A stretch of DNA of 64,000 nucleotides. It comes from Calditrichales bacterium (GTDB lineage Bacteria > Calditrichota > Calditrichia > Calditrichales > J004). Below the pieces are notes generated by a model that ran no database searches, had not been told where the DNA came from, and worked only from the letters and a program-made list of their open reading frames with translations. Position numbers and translations under genes: made by a program. Shown here in pieces: positions 10,791 through 20,484 of this stretch (positions within the stretch are counted from its first letter, which is position 1; the number at the start of each line of letters is the position of its first letter). The DNA is taken from assembly GCA_965267575.1 (NCBI GenBank), contig OZ254086.1:4416001-4480000 (forward strand). The letters run 5' to 3'.

Positions 10791-12131
10791 TCAGCCGATC
10801 ATAATATTTTCGCTGGGATAGCGGAATGTTTTCTTTTCGCGCACCAGCAGCGCCATTGAGATGGTCAGCGGACCGAGGCGTCCCACAAACATCAGCAGCG
10901 TTATCAGCAGCTTGCCGGCGTGGCTGAGCGTTGCGGTCACGCCGGTGGAAAGCCCCACCGTTCCCAGCGCGGATACACATTCGAACAGGTATTCGGGCAC
11001 CATGGCCCGTTCCCCCGCGGGCGTTAACGCGGTCGTTTCCGATATTGACAGCAACAGGGTGCCGGCACCGGCCAATATAATAAAAAAGAACGCCACCGAA
11101 ATGGCCCGCGAAACCGTTGCCTCGGGAATGCGCCGGAAGTAAAGCGTAACATCATTCTGGTTTTGCGCACGGCTGCGCAGCATCCCCAATAGCACGGCAA
11201 AGGTGGTTGTTTTTACCCCGCCGCCGCAGGAGCCCGTAGAAGCGCCGACAAACATTAAAAATATCACGAACAGCAATGTCTGCGGTGCCAGCAGGGAGAA
11301 ATCCACCGTATTAAAACCCGCCGTGCGCGCCGTGACCGACTGGAAAAAAGCTGCCAGCACACGCTCGTCCGGCGTTAATCCGGCCAGGGCATTATTCCAT
11401 TCAAACACAAGAAAAAGAATCCAGCCTCCTGCCAGCAAAAAGCCGGTCATACGCAAGACAAGTTTTGAATGAAAAGAAATTTTTTCCTGCTTGCGCCGGG
11501 CGAAGTTCAACACTTCATAGACCACTACAAAGCCGAGGCCGCCGGAGACGATGAGCAGCATCAAAACGGCGTTGATAAACCAGTCGCCGGAATAGCTCAT
11601 AAAACTGTCGCTGTACAAGGCAAAGCCGGCGTTGCAAAAAGCGGAAATGGAGTGAAAAACCGCATGCCAGACGGCTTCCAGGGTGGGCATGGTCTGCATA
11701 AAGCGCCAGCTTAATAAAACCGCGCCCACAGCTTCGGAGAAAAAGGTGAAAGCAAAAATGGTGCGGATCAGTTTGCGCATACTAATGTATTGCCCCGGAC
11801 TGAAGGAGGTGCTAAGCAGGTCGCGCGTTCCGCCGGAGAATCTGCCGCGCAGCAAAAACAGAAACAGCGTCGAAAAGGTCATAATACCCAGTCCGCCAAG
11901 CTGTATCAAAACCAGTATGACAATCTGCCCAAAAGTTGAAAAATAGCTGCCGGTATCAACAACGATGAGGCCGGTAACGCAGGTGGCAGATGTGGCGGTA
12001 AATAACGCGTCGGTAAAACTTAACGGTTGTTCGGCGCTGGCCTGCGGGAAGAGAAGAGCAATTGTGCCCAGCATAATTACCGCGGCAAAACCGGCTGCTA
12101 TAAGGCGCGAAGGTGTCAGAAATTTCTTCAC
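10791..12131 (-). CDS. ktrB: Ktr/Trk potassium uptake membrane subunit (KtrB/TrkH family)
   Basis: Four selectivity loops: SATCVTGL, SAFCNAGF, TARTAGFN, SALGTVGLS. Confidence 0.92.
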   Translation of the reverse strand: MKKFLTPSRLIAAGFAAVIMLGTIALLFPQASAEQPLSFTDALFTATSATCVTGLIVVDTGSYFSTFGQIVILVLIQLGGLGIMTFSTLFLFLLRGRFSGGTRDLLSTSFSPGQYISMRKLIRTIFAFTFFSEAVGAVLLSWRFMQTMPTLEAVWHAVFHSISAFCNAGFALYSDSFMSYSGDWFINAVLMLLIVSGGLGFVVVYEVLNFARRKQEKISFHSKLVLRMTGFLLAGGWILFLVFEWNNALAGLTPDERVLAAFFQSVTARTAGFNTVDFSLLAPQTLLFVIFLMFVGASTGSCGGGVKTTTFAVLLGMLRSRAQNQNDVTLYFRRIPEATVSRAISVAFFFIILAGAGTLLLSISETTALTPAGERAMVPEYLFECVSALGTVGLSTGVTATLSHAGKLLITLLMFVGRLGPLTISMALLVREKKTFRYPSENIMIG

Positions 12132-12139
12132 AGTAAAGA

Positions 12140-13075
12140 TCAGGCTTTTTTGAAAATATCCATAAAATAATGAATGGTCTGCTTCAAACCCTCTATCAGA
12201 TCGTATTGCGGCTCAAATTTCAGCGCTTCACGACCACGCTGCACCGAAGCCAGGCTGTGCTTGATGTCGCCGGGACGCTCGGCCTCGTGGCGGATCGTAC
12301 TGCTGCTGCCCGTCGTTTCAATGATCAGCTCGCACAGTTCACGGATGGTGATGGAGCTACCGCGGGCCACGTTGTACACGTCGTTAGCCTCCGGCGTGGT
12401 GGCCGCTTTTACGTTGGCCTGCACCACGTCTTTTACAAAAACGAAATCGCGTGTCTGCTCGCCGTCGCCAAAAATAACCAGCGGCTCGTTTTTCAGGGCG
12501 CGGGCCACAAAGATCGGTATCGCCGCGGCGTAGGCGCTGTTGGGGTCCTGACGCGGGCCAAACACATTGAAATATCGCAGCGAGGCCGTGCCCAAACCGT
12601 AAGATTCATAATAGAGTCGCAGATAGTATTCGCCATCCAGCTTTGTGATGCCGTAAGGCGATTTGGGTTCGGGACGCATTTCTTCTTTTTTGGGGGAAAC
12701 GGGGTTGTCGCCATAGACCGCCGCGGACGAGCTATGAACCACTTTTTTAACACCGTACTGCCGGGCGGCATCAAGCACATTCAGCAGTCCGGTCACGTTT
12801 ATATCCAGGCATTCCTGCGGTTTTTCCATCGATTCCGGCACGGAAATGAGTGCCGCCAGGTGATGCACGTAATCGGCGCCTTCGATCACCTTAAAGGTCA
12901 GGTCACGGTCACAGATCGATCCTTCATGTAAAACCGCTTTGGGAAAAAGTGCCGCATTTTCCCGCTTGCCGCTGCGAAAGCTGTCCAGAATATGCACATC
13001 GGCGCCCTGCCCCAGCCAGTGCTCCACAATATGACTCCCGATAAACCCGGCGCCGCCGGTTACAACCACTTTCAT
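12140..13075 (-). CDS. NAD-dependent epimerase/dehydratase (UDP-glucose/UDP-GlcNAc 4-epimerase-like)
   Basis: VTGGAGFIGSH, SSSAAVYG, SPYGITK, LRYFNVFGPRQDP, GDIKHS. Confidence 0.92.
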   Translation of the reverse strand: MKVVVTGGAGFIGSHIVEHWLGQGADVHILDSFRSGKRENAALFPKAVLHEGSICDRDLTFKVIEGADYVHHLAALISVPESMEKPQECLDINVTGLLNVLDAARQYGVKKVVHSSSAAVYGDNPVSPKKEEMRPEPKSPYGITKLDGEYYLRLYYESYGLGTASLRYFNVFGPRQDPNSAYAAAIPIFVARALKNEPLVIFGDGEQTRDFVFVKDVVQANVKAATTPEANDVYNVARGSSITIRELCELIIETTGSSSTIRHEAERPGDIKHSLASVQRGREALKFEPQYDLIEGLKQTIHYFMDIFKKA

Positions 13076-13226
13076 GCATCCTCCCCGTTCGTTTTAATGG
13101 AGGCGCAAAATAGGGATTTTATGGATGCGGTGCCATAAGCATAATTGACAAGAAAAATTGTTTCCCTGCAAACAGGCAATTAAAACAATCTTTATTTATT
13201 TTAGGGTTAAAGAAAGGAGAAAAACG

Positions 13227-13985
13227 ATGTTACGTTCTATCCTGTTTGCCTTGATACTTACAACAAGCCTTCACGCCCAGGCCTTTGAAACCTTCACTTT
13301 TCCCAGCGAAGACAGCGTGCGGATTACGGCCGATTATTATAAAGTTGCTGAAGACGCGCCGCTGATCATTCTTTTTCACCAGGCCGGCTGGAGCCGCGGT
13401 GAATACCGGCAAACCGCGCCCAAACTGAACGCCATGGGCTACAACTGCCTAGCCATCGATCAGCGCGCGGGCAATATTGTTAACAACGTCCCCAACCTCA
13501 CCGCGGAACGCGCCGAATTGTCCGGCAAAAGCGCCACCTACCTGGATGCCCTGCAGGACATGCGCGCGGCTTTGGCATTTGCTGAAGACAGTCTCAACGC
13601 GTTGAATGTCACCATCCTCGGAAGCTCCTATTCGGCCTCGCTTTGCCTTGTACTGGCCGCGCAATACCAGGAGCAGCTCAGCTCGGTGATCGCTTTTTCG
13701 CCCGGTGAGTATTTCCGCAAAATGGGCAAAAGCGGCAACTATGTTCAGCAACATGCCGCAAAGCTGACGATCCCCGTATTTGTCACCTCGGCCAAAGACG
13801 AACACAATCAATGGAAAGCCATTTTTGAAGCTATCCCTTCGGACCAGAAGGTTTCTTTTTTGCCGGCTGAAGAAGGTCAGCACGGCTCGCGGGCATTATG
13901 GGAAAACTTCCCTCAGCATCAGGCCTATTGGGATGCTTTGACAGCGTTTCTGAAACAATACGTTCCCGCTACCCCGAACGAATAG
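13227..13985 (+). CDS. Secreted alpha/beta hydrolase
   Basis: Signal peptide, FHQAG, GSSYSA nucleophile elbow, HGSRAL; AAGGAG RBS before ATG 13227. Confidence 0.8.
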   Translation: MLRSILFALILTTSLHAQAFETFTFPSEDSVRITADYYKVAEDAPLIILFHQAGWSRGEYRQTAPKLNAMGYNCLAIDQRAGNIVNNVPNLTAERAELSGKSATYLDALQDMRAALAFAEDSLNALNVTILGSSYSASLCLVLAAQYQEQLSSVIAFSPGEYFRKMGKSGNYVQQHAAKLTIPVFVTSAKDEHNQWKAIFEAIPSDQKVSFLPAEEGQHGSRALWENFPQHQAYWDALTAFLKQYVPATPNE

Positions 13986-14030
13986 CATCCGCCCTGTACG
14001 GCGTGATTGAAAAATATTAAAGGAGCACAT

Positions 14031-16790
14031 ATGGCGCAGCGCTTTCTGCTTTTCACCCTGATTCTGTTTCACCTGCCGCTGGCTGCCGGCGAGAACTGGC
14101 AACGCATTGAAGGCAATTACGCGATTGTAGAATTTTTGCCTCAGCACCGGGCTATCGCCGATTCCATTTTATATATCTCCGATGATGTAATGCCGGAGTT
14201 GTGCGCCTGGCATGGCGTACCGCTGGAAATGCTGGAACAGAAAAAGGCACATGTAATCTTTACCGACGCCCCGGATATTTCCAACGGCTTTGCCGTGGGC
14301 GAAACAATCGTTATTTACGCGACCTCTTCGTCTTACGTCGCCGGCTGGACAGGGCAACAAAACTGGTACCGCCTTGTCGTTACCCACGAGTTGGCGCACC
14401 ATGTAACGTTTCGCGCTCTGCAGCGCAAGCTGTCTTTTTTGGGGTTGGTAAGCGGCCTGGGTACACCACGCTGGTTTTATGAAGGGATCGCCCAATATTT
14501 TGCCGAGGACTGGACCCTGACCCGCGGCGACTATACCCTGCAAAGCAATCTGCTGAGCGGCAATTTTACCTATAACAGCCTGCTTAATCTTAACGACGGT
14601 CGCCTGCTCTACGCCGGCGCCAATGCCTATATTCGATGGCTGGCCACGGAGTATGGCGATTCGTCGCTGATAAAGCTGATGGCCCACAACAAAGACGGCT
14701 TTTTTTACGATTTCGACGAAGCCTTCAACGAAACATATGGAGCGTCACCGTCGGGCCTTTTCCCTGAATTTACACGTGATTTGATTTTGTATTACGGCGA
14801 CAAGCTGGCGGCCTATCCGGAAATTGAATGGGCCACGAAGATCCCCGGATATGGCTCGCAGACCTATCAGGTGCTGCCCTTCTCGCAGGAGGATTCCAGC
14901 TATATCCTGCTGGTACGCGACGAAAGCCATCAGCTGTATCTGAGTGCGGTACTGGCAAGGCGCTCAAACAGCGGCTGGCAGGAGGAGCGTCTTCTGGCAC
15001 GGGGTGTATCAACCGGGCTCGTTTTGAGCCGCGACAAAAAAACGCTGGCTTTCGGTAAGCCGCAAACCGGCGTCGAAAACAATCTGCAAACTTTAAGCTG
15101 GCGCTGGTTTGAACTGGACATCACCAGCGGCAAAAGCGTCGAACTGGACCACGGGCTTCGTGCACGCTATGGCGCTTACGACGCTCAAGGCCGCCTTTAC
15201 CTGGTCACCGTAGATGGTGCCCAATCGGCGATTTTGCACTACGATGACGGCAAAAGCGACACGCTGCTAGTTAACGACTTCGCCTTGGGCAAAATCGACA
15301 TAGGCCCGGCTGGTCAGATTTTAGTTGAGGGGCAGCGGCCTGATGGGAGTCGCGCCTTGTTTGAGCTGAAAAACGGCCAGTTTAAGGCGCTGGTGGAAGA
15401 CGGACTGGACAATCGCAATGTGGTTTTTACCGGTAGCGATATGATGTTTTTTAACAGCTATGAAGAAGAGATGCCGGTTGTCCGGTCCTACTCATTTGCC
15501 ACGGGCGAAAAACGCACACTGCTCAAAACAAACCGGCCCTATTTTCTGCAAAGCGCCAGCGACACGTCATTGATTGCCGCGACAATCAATAAGGGCAGCA
15601 GCACCATCACGCACCTTCCGTTGGACTCGCTTTTGAACACGCCCGCAAAACCGCGGGAACCCTGGGCCGTCAATCGCTATGCCGGCTGGACCACGCACAA
15701 GCCGCCGCAAACAAAAGCCGATACGCTGGCGCCGGTAGTACCATCGCTACTTCGGGCAGAAACAGTGGCTTTTCCGCAGGGCCACCTGTTACACGGGTTT
15801 TCCTTTGCTTTGCCCGATTACGATCCTTCCCTGGGCTTTGGCATTAGCGGCCTGACCACCTGGTTTGAACCTCTGCAGCGCCAAACGCTGGTGGGTATTT
15901 TTGGCATCTATCCGGAAAATTTTGACAAGTCGCTGGTTTTAATCGGTCACTACCTGCGCGCTTTTGAACTGGAGTGGCCTTCTTTTTACTACCATGGACC
16001 GGTGTTCTTCTCTTTTGACGGAGATGAATACCGGACACTGTACCGCGATATTATTTCCATGGGCGCGCACCGCACGCGCTACATTGGCGGCAACAGCTTC
16101 GCCCCCTGGACGGCAAGCATCGATTACGCCTGGCAGCGTTTTTATGGCGACGACATTCTTGAAGATTTTCAGTTTCACGGTCCGCTGCTTTCGCTGGGTG
16201 CCGCCTGGCGTCTGCCATCGCGCTACGATCCTTTTTTGCCGGAACGCAGCATTGGTGCAAGGGTCAGCCTGTTCCGTTCGCTGGAAGCGGATTATCCGTT
16301 TAGCGTTTACGACGCGGAACTGAACGCCGCCACTTCTTTTCTTTCGCCGCAGTTCGGTTTGCAGACAAAGCTTGTGTACACCGCCCTGGATGGCGATATC
16401 CCGCCGTTGATCGGCACCGGTATTGACCGTTTTTACGAATACGCCATCCCGCGTGACCTGCGCTTTTCACGGACCATCCGCGGCGTGCGCGAAGATATTT
16501 ACGGGGATAGATTGCTGTATGGCACAGTGCAGCTCAACTACCTGTTGACGGAGAGAAGCGGGCTGGTGCTGTTGGTGCTGCCGATGAATAATATCCTGCT
16601 GAGCGCATTCGGAGATGGCGCGCGGGTAAGCGCGAATGGAGAAATAAACATTTACAGCTACGGCGCGGAGATTACCTTTGGCGACGGGCCGGTGCGTTTT
16701 GGCGCAGGTTATGCCCTCGGAAAAGTAGAAGGCATGGAAGAGGACGAACGTTTCTTCCTGCGCTTTAAGCTATTCACGCCCTCCTTTTAA
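14031..16790 (+). CDS. Large exported protein: zincin (peptidase MA-like) domain, beta-propeller, and probable C-terminal outer-membrane barrel
   Basis: Signal peptide; THELAHH and PRWFYEGIAQY; C-terminal alternating beta strands ending in F. Confidence 0.7.
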   Translation: MAQRFLLFTLILFHLPLAAGENWQRIEGNYAIVEFLPQHRAIADSILYISDDVMPELCAWHGVPLEMLEQKKAHVIFTDAPDISNGFAVGETIVIYATSSSYVAGWTGQQNWYRLVVTHELAHHVTFRALQRKLSFLGLVSGLGTPRWFYEGIAQYFAEDWTLTRGDYTLQSNLLSGNFTYNSLLNLNDGRLLYAGANAYIRWLATEYGDSSLIKLMAHNKDGFFYDFDEAFNETYGASPSGLFPEFTRDLILYYGDKLAAYPEIEWATKIPGYGSQTYQVLPFSQEDSSYILLVRDESHQLYLSAVLARRSNSGWQEERLLARGVSTGLVLSRDKKTLAFGKPQTGVENNLQTLSWRWFELDITSGKSVELDHGLRARYGAYDAQGRLYLVTVDGAQSAILHYDDGKSDTLLVNDFALGKIDIGPAGQILVEGQRPDGSRALFELKNGQFKALVEDGLDNRNVVFTGSDMMFFNSYEEEMPVVRSYSFATGEKRTLLKTNRPYFLQSASDTSLIAATINKGSSTITHLPLDSLLNTPAKPREPWAVNRYAGWTTHKPPQTKADTLAPVVPSLLRAETVAFPQGHLLHGFSFALPDYDPSLGFGISGLTTWFEPLQRQTLVGIFGIYPENFDKSLVLIGHYLRAFELEWPSFYYHGPVFFSFDGDEYRTLYRDIISMGAHRTRYIGGNSFAPWTASIDYAWQRFYGDDILEDFQFHGPLLSLGAAWRLPSRYDPFLPERSIGARVSLFRSLEADYPFSVYDAELNAATSFLSPQFGLQTKLVYTALDGDIPPLIGTGIDRFYEYAIPRDLRFSRTIRGVREDIYGDRLLYGTVQLNYLLTERSGLVLLVLPMNNILLSAFGDGARVSANGEINIYSYGAEITFGDGPVRFGAGYALGKVEGMEEDERFFLRFKLFTPSF

Positions 16791-16930
16791 TTTTGACAGG
16801 ATTACAGGATTTGACACGATTAAAATATAAATTGATTGTTTGGCTTAGCTCATTTAACTGGCAAGAGGGCTATAAGCCGGAAATATTCTTTTCAAAATAA
16901 TCCTGTACATCTTGTTCATCCTGTCAAAAT
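16790..16930. repeat. Inverted pair of GACAGGATT-type iterated repeats between convergent genes
   Basis: 16790-16822 ATTTTGACAGGATTACAGGATTTGACACGATTA versus the reverse complement of 16898-16930, ATTTTGACAGGATGAACAAGATGTACAGGATTA. Confidence 0.8.
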
Positions 16931-18150
16931 TTATTCCGCGCGGCGCTGAAACCAGCGCTGTCTTGCAACCAGGCCCAGGCCAACGCCAGGTACGGCGGCG
17001 TCAGCAGCATCAGCGCCATGCGGTTATCCTGGTCAAAAGCGGGCAGCAGCTTTAGAACAATCACAAGCAGAATGGCCGCACCGTGAATAACCCACAGCCG
17101 CGCCGGCCACAGGCGTGATGCGTTTTTGCGAAACAGCACAATCCAGCACCAGACGGCCAGCAAAAATGTCAGCGGGTTGGCAAAAATGAGATTCTCGTTT
17201 CCATGGGTCACTTCATGGTCGGTGAAAAAGGCCATAAAAAACAACACCATTCCCAAAAACCCAAAGATACTGGCGCTAATAGCAGACAAGGTTTTAACTG
17301 TTTTGTGAAGATTGTAAACACGGGCAAACACGATCAATCCTGCCCAAAGCAAACCGGCAAGTAGAGTCCACCAGGGTGTGGAATCGGCCTCATCCGGCAC
17401 GGGCGGGCGGTTCGGCGCCTCCTTCTGGAAATAACCGGCGCGCTCCAGTTTCAGCGCGTTTTCATAGCTTACGGCAGCCACGTTGCGCATCAGTTCATCG
17501 GGCAGAAACATCTCATCCCAACGCTGGATTGGCTTATCGATGGTATCATTCATCAGGAACAAAAGCAGCCATTGCATCAACGGGCTCTGGTCGGTGTAGC
17601 GGATAGTGTGTTCGCGAAATGTTTGGCGGCCGGGAACTTTTGTTGCAGCAGCAAACTGCCCGTTCAGCGCGCGATCGATCATGTCACGTAAACGGGTGGA
17701 GCAATTCTCGTAATAGTGGTGGTAAAGATAAGCGGCGTTTTCGGGTCGCACCTGAATAACCAGCTCACGGGCTAGCTCCAACCGCTCGGCAGGTTCGAGA
17801 TTTAGTTCCTGCACATAGATGGAGCGGCCGGCGTTGCTGTAACGAATGATCGTGGAACCTAGTCCGGCGTCACCGCCCCAGAAAATCAATCGCCCGAAAA
17901 TAAAATTGCGTATAAAACCCTCTTCGAAGGAGTAGAGCCCAAAGTTGTAAACACGTGACATCCTGCTTGTGGTATCGCGGACGGCCAGCGCCGTATGACC
18001 AAACCAGTCGGTCAGGTTATCGCCCTGGCCAAATGTCAGCAGGATAATCTCAAGGTCTTCACCTTGCGCCATAACCGGTTCTTCCCAGGAGACGGTCTGA
18101 GCGGCCAGCCAGGAATGCAAAAGCAGCAGAAAGATCAGTTTCGTTTTCAT
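16924..18150 (-). CDS. DUF4105 / Lnb-like lipoprotein N-acyltransferase
   Basis: FGHTAL, YNFGLYSF, YYENCSTR catalytic His/Cys; C-terminal TM helices with NENLIFANP. Confidence 0.8.
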   Translation of the reverse strand: MKTKLIFLLLLHSWLAAQTVSWEEPVMAQGEDLEIILLTFGQGDNLTDWFGHTALAVRDTTSRMSRVYNFGLYSFEEGFIRNFIFGRLIFWGGDAGLGSTIIRYSNAGRSIYVQELNLEPAERLELARELVIQVRPENAAYLYHHYYENCSTRLRDMIDRALNGQFAAATKVPGRQTFREHTIRYTDQSPLMQWLLLFLMNDTIDKPIQRWDEMFLPDELMRNVAAVSYENALKLERAGYFQKEAPNRPPVPDEADSTPWWTLLAGLLWAGLIVFARVYNLHKTVKTLSAISASIFGFLGMVLFFMAFFTDHEVTHGNENLIFANPLTFLLAVWCWIVLFRKNASRLWPARLWVIHGAAILLVIVLKLLPAFDQDNRMALMLLTPPYLALAWAWLQDSAGFSAARNKF

Positions 18151-18336
18151 AGGCGTTTTCCTTTTACGGCGGGAAAGCTAGCGGCAAAGGCAATAGGAAT
18201 CAAACATTGTTGATCGCATTTTTGCGAAAAAGAAAAATTGCTTTAAATTAGCCGCCTTTTGGCGCAAGGCACGGGATTAATGCAGGAAAGCTATGCGTTT
18301 GCGCCTTTGAATTAACCTAAAATCAGGAGAAAATAT

Positions 18337-18771
18337 ATGTTTCCCATGCAGCCCCTCTACCCCGAAGAACTGGTGCAGCCGATGCGCGAAGAATTGACAG
18401 CATCCGGTTTTGAGGAACTGCGCACAGCCGAAGATGTGGACAATCTTTTGAATGAGCATCAGGGCACGGCCTTGCTTGTAATCAACTCCGTGTGCGGGTG
18501 CGCCGCGGGCAACGCGCGTCCCGGTGTGCGCATGGCCCTTTCCGGTGATGTATTGCCGGACAAGCTGGTAACCGTTTTTGCCGGCGTGGACCGCGAGGCT
18601 ACGGAAAAAGCACGCTCCTACCTGTTGGGCTATCCACCTTCTTCGCCGTCTATGGCGCTGTTCAAGGATGGCCAGGTGGTGCACATGATCCCGCGGATGC
18701 AGATCGAAGGCCGCTCACCGCAGCAGATCGCCGCGGAACTGGAGGAAGTTTTCGGCACCTTTTGTAAATAA
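18337..18771 (+). CDS. BrxA/BrxB family bacilliredoxin (YphP/YqiW)
   Basis: NSVCGCAAGNARP, TVFAGVD, PPSSPSMALFKDG, IEGR. Confidence 0.93.
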   Translation: MFPMQPLYPEELVQPMREELTASGFEELRTAEDVDNLLNEHQGTALLVINSVCGCAAGNARPGVRMALSGDVLPDKLVTVFAGVDREATEKARSYLLGYPPSSPSMALFKDGQVVHMIPRMQIEGRSPQQIAAELEEVFGTFCK

Positions 18772-18777
18772 AAATCT

Positions 18778-18802
18778 ATCCCGGCTTGTCCGGGATTTTT
18801 TT
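18778..18802 (+). terminator. Rho-independent terminator
   Basis: ATCCCGG-CTTGT-CCGGGAT followed by a T tract after the brx stop. Confidence 0.7.
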
Positions 18803-18818
18803 CAATGGAGTTATTATC

Positions 18819-19325
18819 GTGTTTACACATTTTGATGACGATGCCCGCATCTGGATTTACGGTTTCAGCAAGCCGCTTAGCGACGAGAATATGGAGCTTG
18901 TTAAAAGCTACATGAAAGATTTCACGCGTGGCTGGGTCTCGCACGGCGATCAAGTATTGGGTGACTTTGAGATCGTTGAAAAGCGCTTTGTTTTCCTGGT
19001 GGCGGAGAACACGCTTTCCGGTTGTTCCATAGACGGCAGCGTTGATCTGTTCCGCAAGATCCGTGCCCTGCACGGGCTGGACGCGCTGAACCAGAACCTG
19101 ATCTTCTATCGTGACGACAGCCGCACAATCCGGTGCTCCGATCGCCTCAGCTTTCAACGCGAAGTGCAGCAGGGCCGCATTGATGAAAATACCCCTGTTT
19201 TTGACCTGAGTTTTGCGTCGTTGGGAGACCTGCGCAAAAGGCGCTTTGAGCTGCCCGCAGGTGAAAGCTGGCACGGCCGCGTTTTTAGCATACCCGCCAA
19301 AAAAGGTGACGAAGTGACCGGTTGA
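18819..19325 (+). CDS. Conserved hypothetical protein
   Basis: ARIWIY, WVSHG, SGCSID, FD..SW motifs that I recognise from an FCB-group uncharacterised family; GTG start after GGAG. Confidence 0.7.
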   Translation: MFTHFDDDARIWIYGFSKPLSDENMELVKSYMKDFTRGWVSHGDQVLGDFEIVEKRFVFLVAENTLSGCSIDGSVDLFRKIRALHGLDALNQNLIFYRDDSRTIRCSDRLSFQREVQQGRIDENTPVFDLSFASLGDLRKRRFELPAGESWHGRVFSIPAKKGDEVTG

Positions 19326-19417
19326 TACGGTCACGGTAAGATCATTCCCAAACCTACATTTGCGAATAACCAACCCCATACTAAAACAGAGCCGGCGTGA
19401 AACAGGCCTCCGTCGGG

Positions 19418-19456
19418 AGATCCCGGTGTTGGTTCAGCCGCCAAACCGGGATGACA
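19418..19456. repeat. REP-like palindrome of the GTCA(T)-CCC type
   Basis: GATCCCGG...CCGGGATGACA; same terminal TGTCAT motif as the copies at 22448-22628. Confidence 0.6.
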
Positions 19457-19484
19457 AGACTCCCTCACGCCATTCACTTATGCC

Positions 19485-19526
19485 AAAATAAAAAACCCCG
19501 GCCGATCAAAAGACCAGCCGGGGTTT
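19485..19526 (-). terminator. Rho-independent terminator
   Basis: AAACCCCGGC...GCCGGGGTTT stem with a U-rich tail on the minus strand. Confidence 0.8.
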
Positions 19527-19680
19527 ATTGCTTATGTCCTCCGGAAGACCGGCGCTAGCGGTGCTTCACGGAGGCTCCTATACTTCGACTACTAATAGGA
19601 TCACCTCCTTCCTTCAGGGTATCCATGTTACGCATCAGAAAGATTCCCTGGTCCATCTTCCCGTGCAGCGGTGTTTCTAT
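19485..19680 (-). ncRNA. Candidate structured small RNA (multi-hairpin, exposed AAGGAGGUGA, many GGA motifs)
   Basis: Three hairpins plus a terminator in an intergenic region; see findings. Ends are approximate. Confidence 0.5.
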
Positions 19681-19819
19681 TACTATTTAAAACTCGACAG
19701 GTTCAGCAAATTATTCGGTCTTTTTTTCTTTTTAACAAAAACCTGATCAGAACACCTGCATGCATTGATTTTGTTGAACAGATTTAGCACATCAACAGCA
19801 AAGAAGCAAGAGCATCTTC

Positions 19820-19861
19820 AAAAAAAAAAGCGCCACCGGAAGATCAAAACCGGCGGCGCTT
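19820..19861 (-). terminator. Rho-independent terminator
   Basis: AGCGCCGCCGG-TTTTGATCTT-CCGGTGGCGC followed by 10 U on the minus strand. Confidence 0.8.
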
Positions 19862-20019
19862 ATGGCTTTAGGGATTTTCTTTTTTAAATGTTAACAGGAA
19901 GATCGTCCCTTGTTTAGCGCATATTATAATTTTCATTCAGCTGATCGTTTTTTTGCCAGTTGCAATCCGGTTGCAGGAAATCGTCGTAACGGATATTTTA
20001 GGATGTTTAAGGAGGAGCT

Positions 20020-20364
20020 ATGAAGGAAGAACAAAAATCTTTCGTGCGCATGCGCGCCATAGAGGGAAAATCGATCACCAGCATTTCACGTGAGCTGGAA
20101 CAAGACGAAGCTACATTGCGCCAGTGGGATGAAAAGCTGAGTGATGAAATACAGCGCGCCAAGGCGGCGGAATACGATCGCATAATTGAATATTTTAAGC
20201 TTGATAAGGTGAGCCGGATACGCTACCTGGCAGAGACCTACGTACGCTTGCAAAAAGAACTGGACAAGCGCGACTTTAGCGGACTGCCCACGGATAAGCT
20301 TTACTATATCCTGAATGACGTTTATATGCTTATCGAAGAAGAACAGCAAGGCCCGGAAGAGTAA
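20020..20364 (+). CDS. Hypothetical protein with N-terminal HTH
   Basis: AAGGAGG RBS; GKSITSISRELEQDEATLRQW HTH-like segment; RDFSGLPTDKL. Confidence 0.75.
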   Translation: MKEEQKSFVRMRAIEGKSITSISRELEQDEATLRQWDEKLSDEIQRAKAAEYDRIIEYFKLDKVSRIRYLAETYVRLQKELDKRDFSGLPTDKLYYILNDVYMLIEEEQQGPEE

Positions 20365-20484
20365 ACGAGAATTTGGTTTAGCCTCAGGGTGGTTTGCCGG
20401 GTTATGAGCGAGAAGAGACTTCCTTCAAGTAAAAGATTAAGAATCATGAGCATGATCAAGAGTAAGATTAATAAGGAGATATGC

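Noticed and set aside
19598..19610. GGATCACCTCCTT as the 3' end of a 16S rRNA gene
   Set aside because: The flanking sequence has no other 16S features (no GTCGTAACAAGG or helix 45), so it is not an rRNA gene or fragment.
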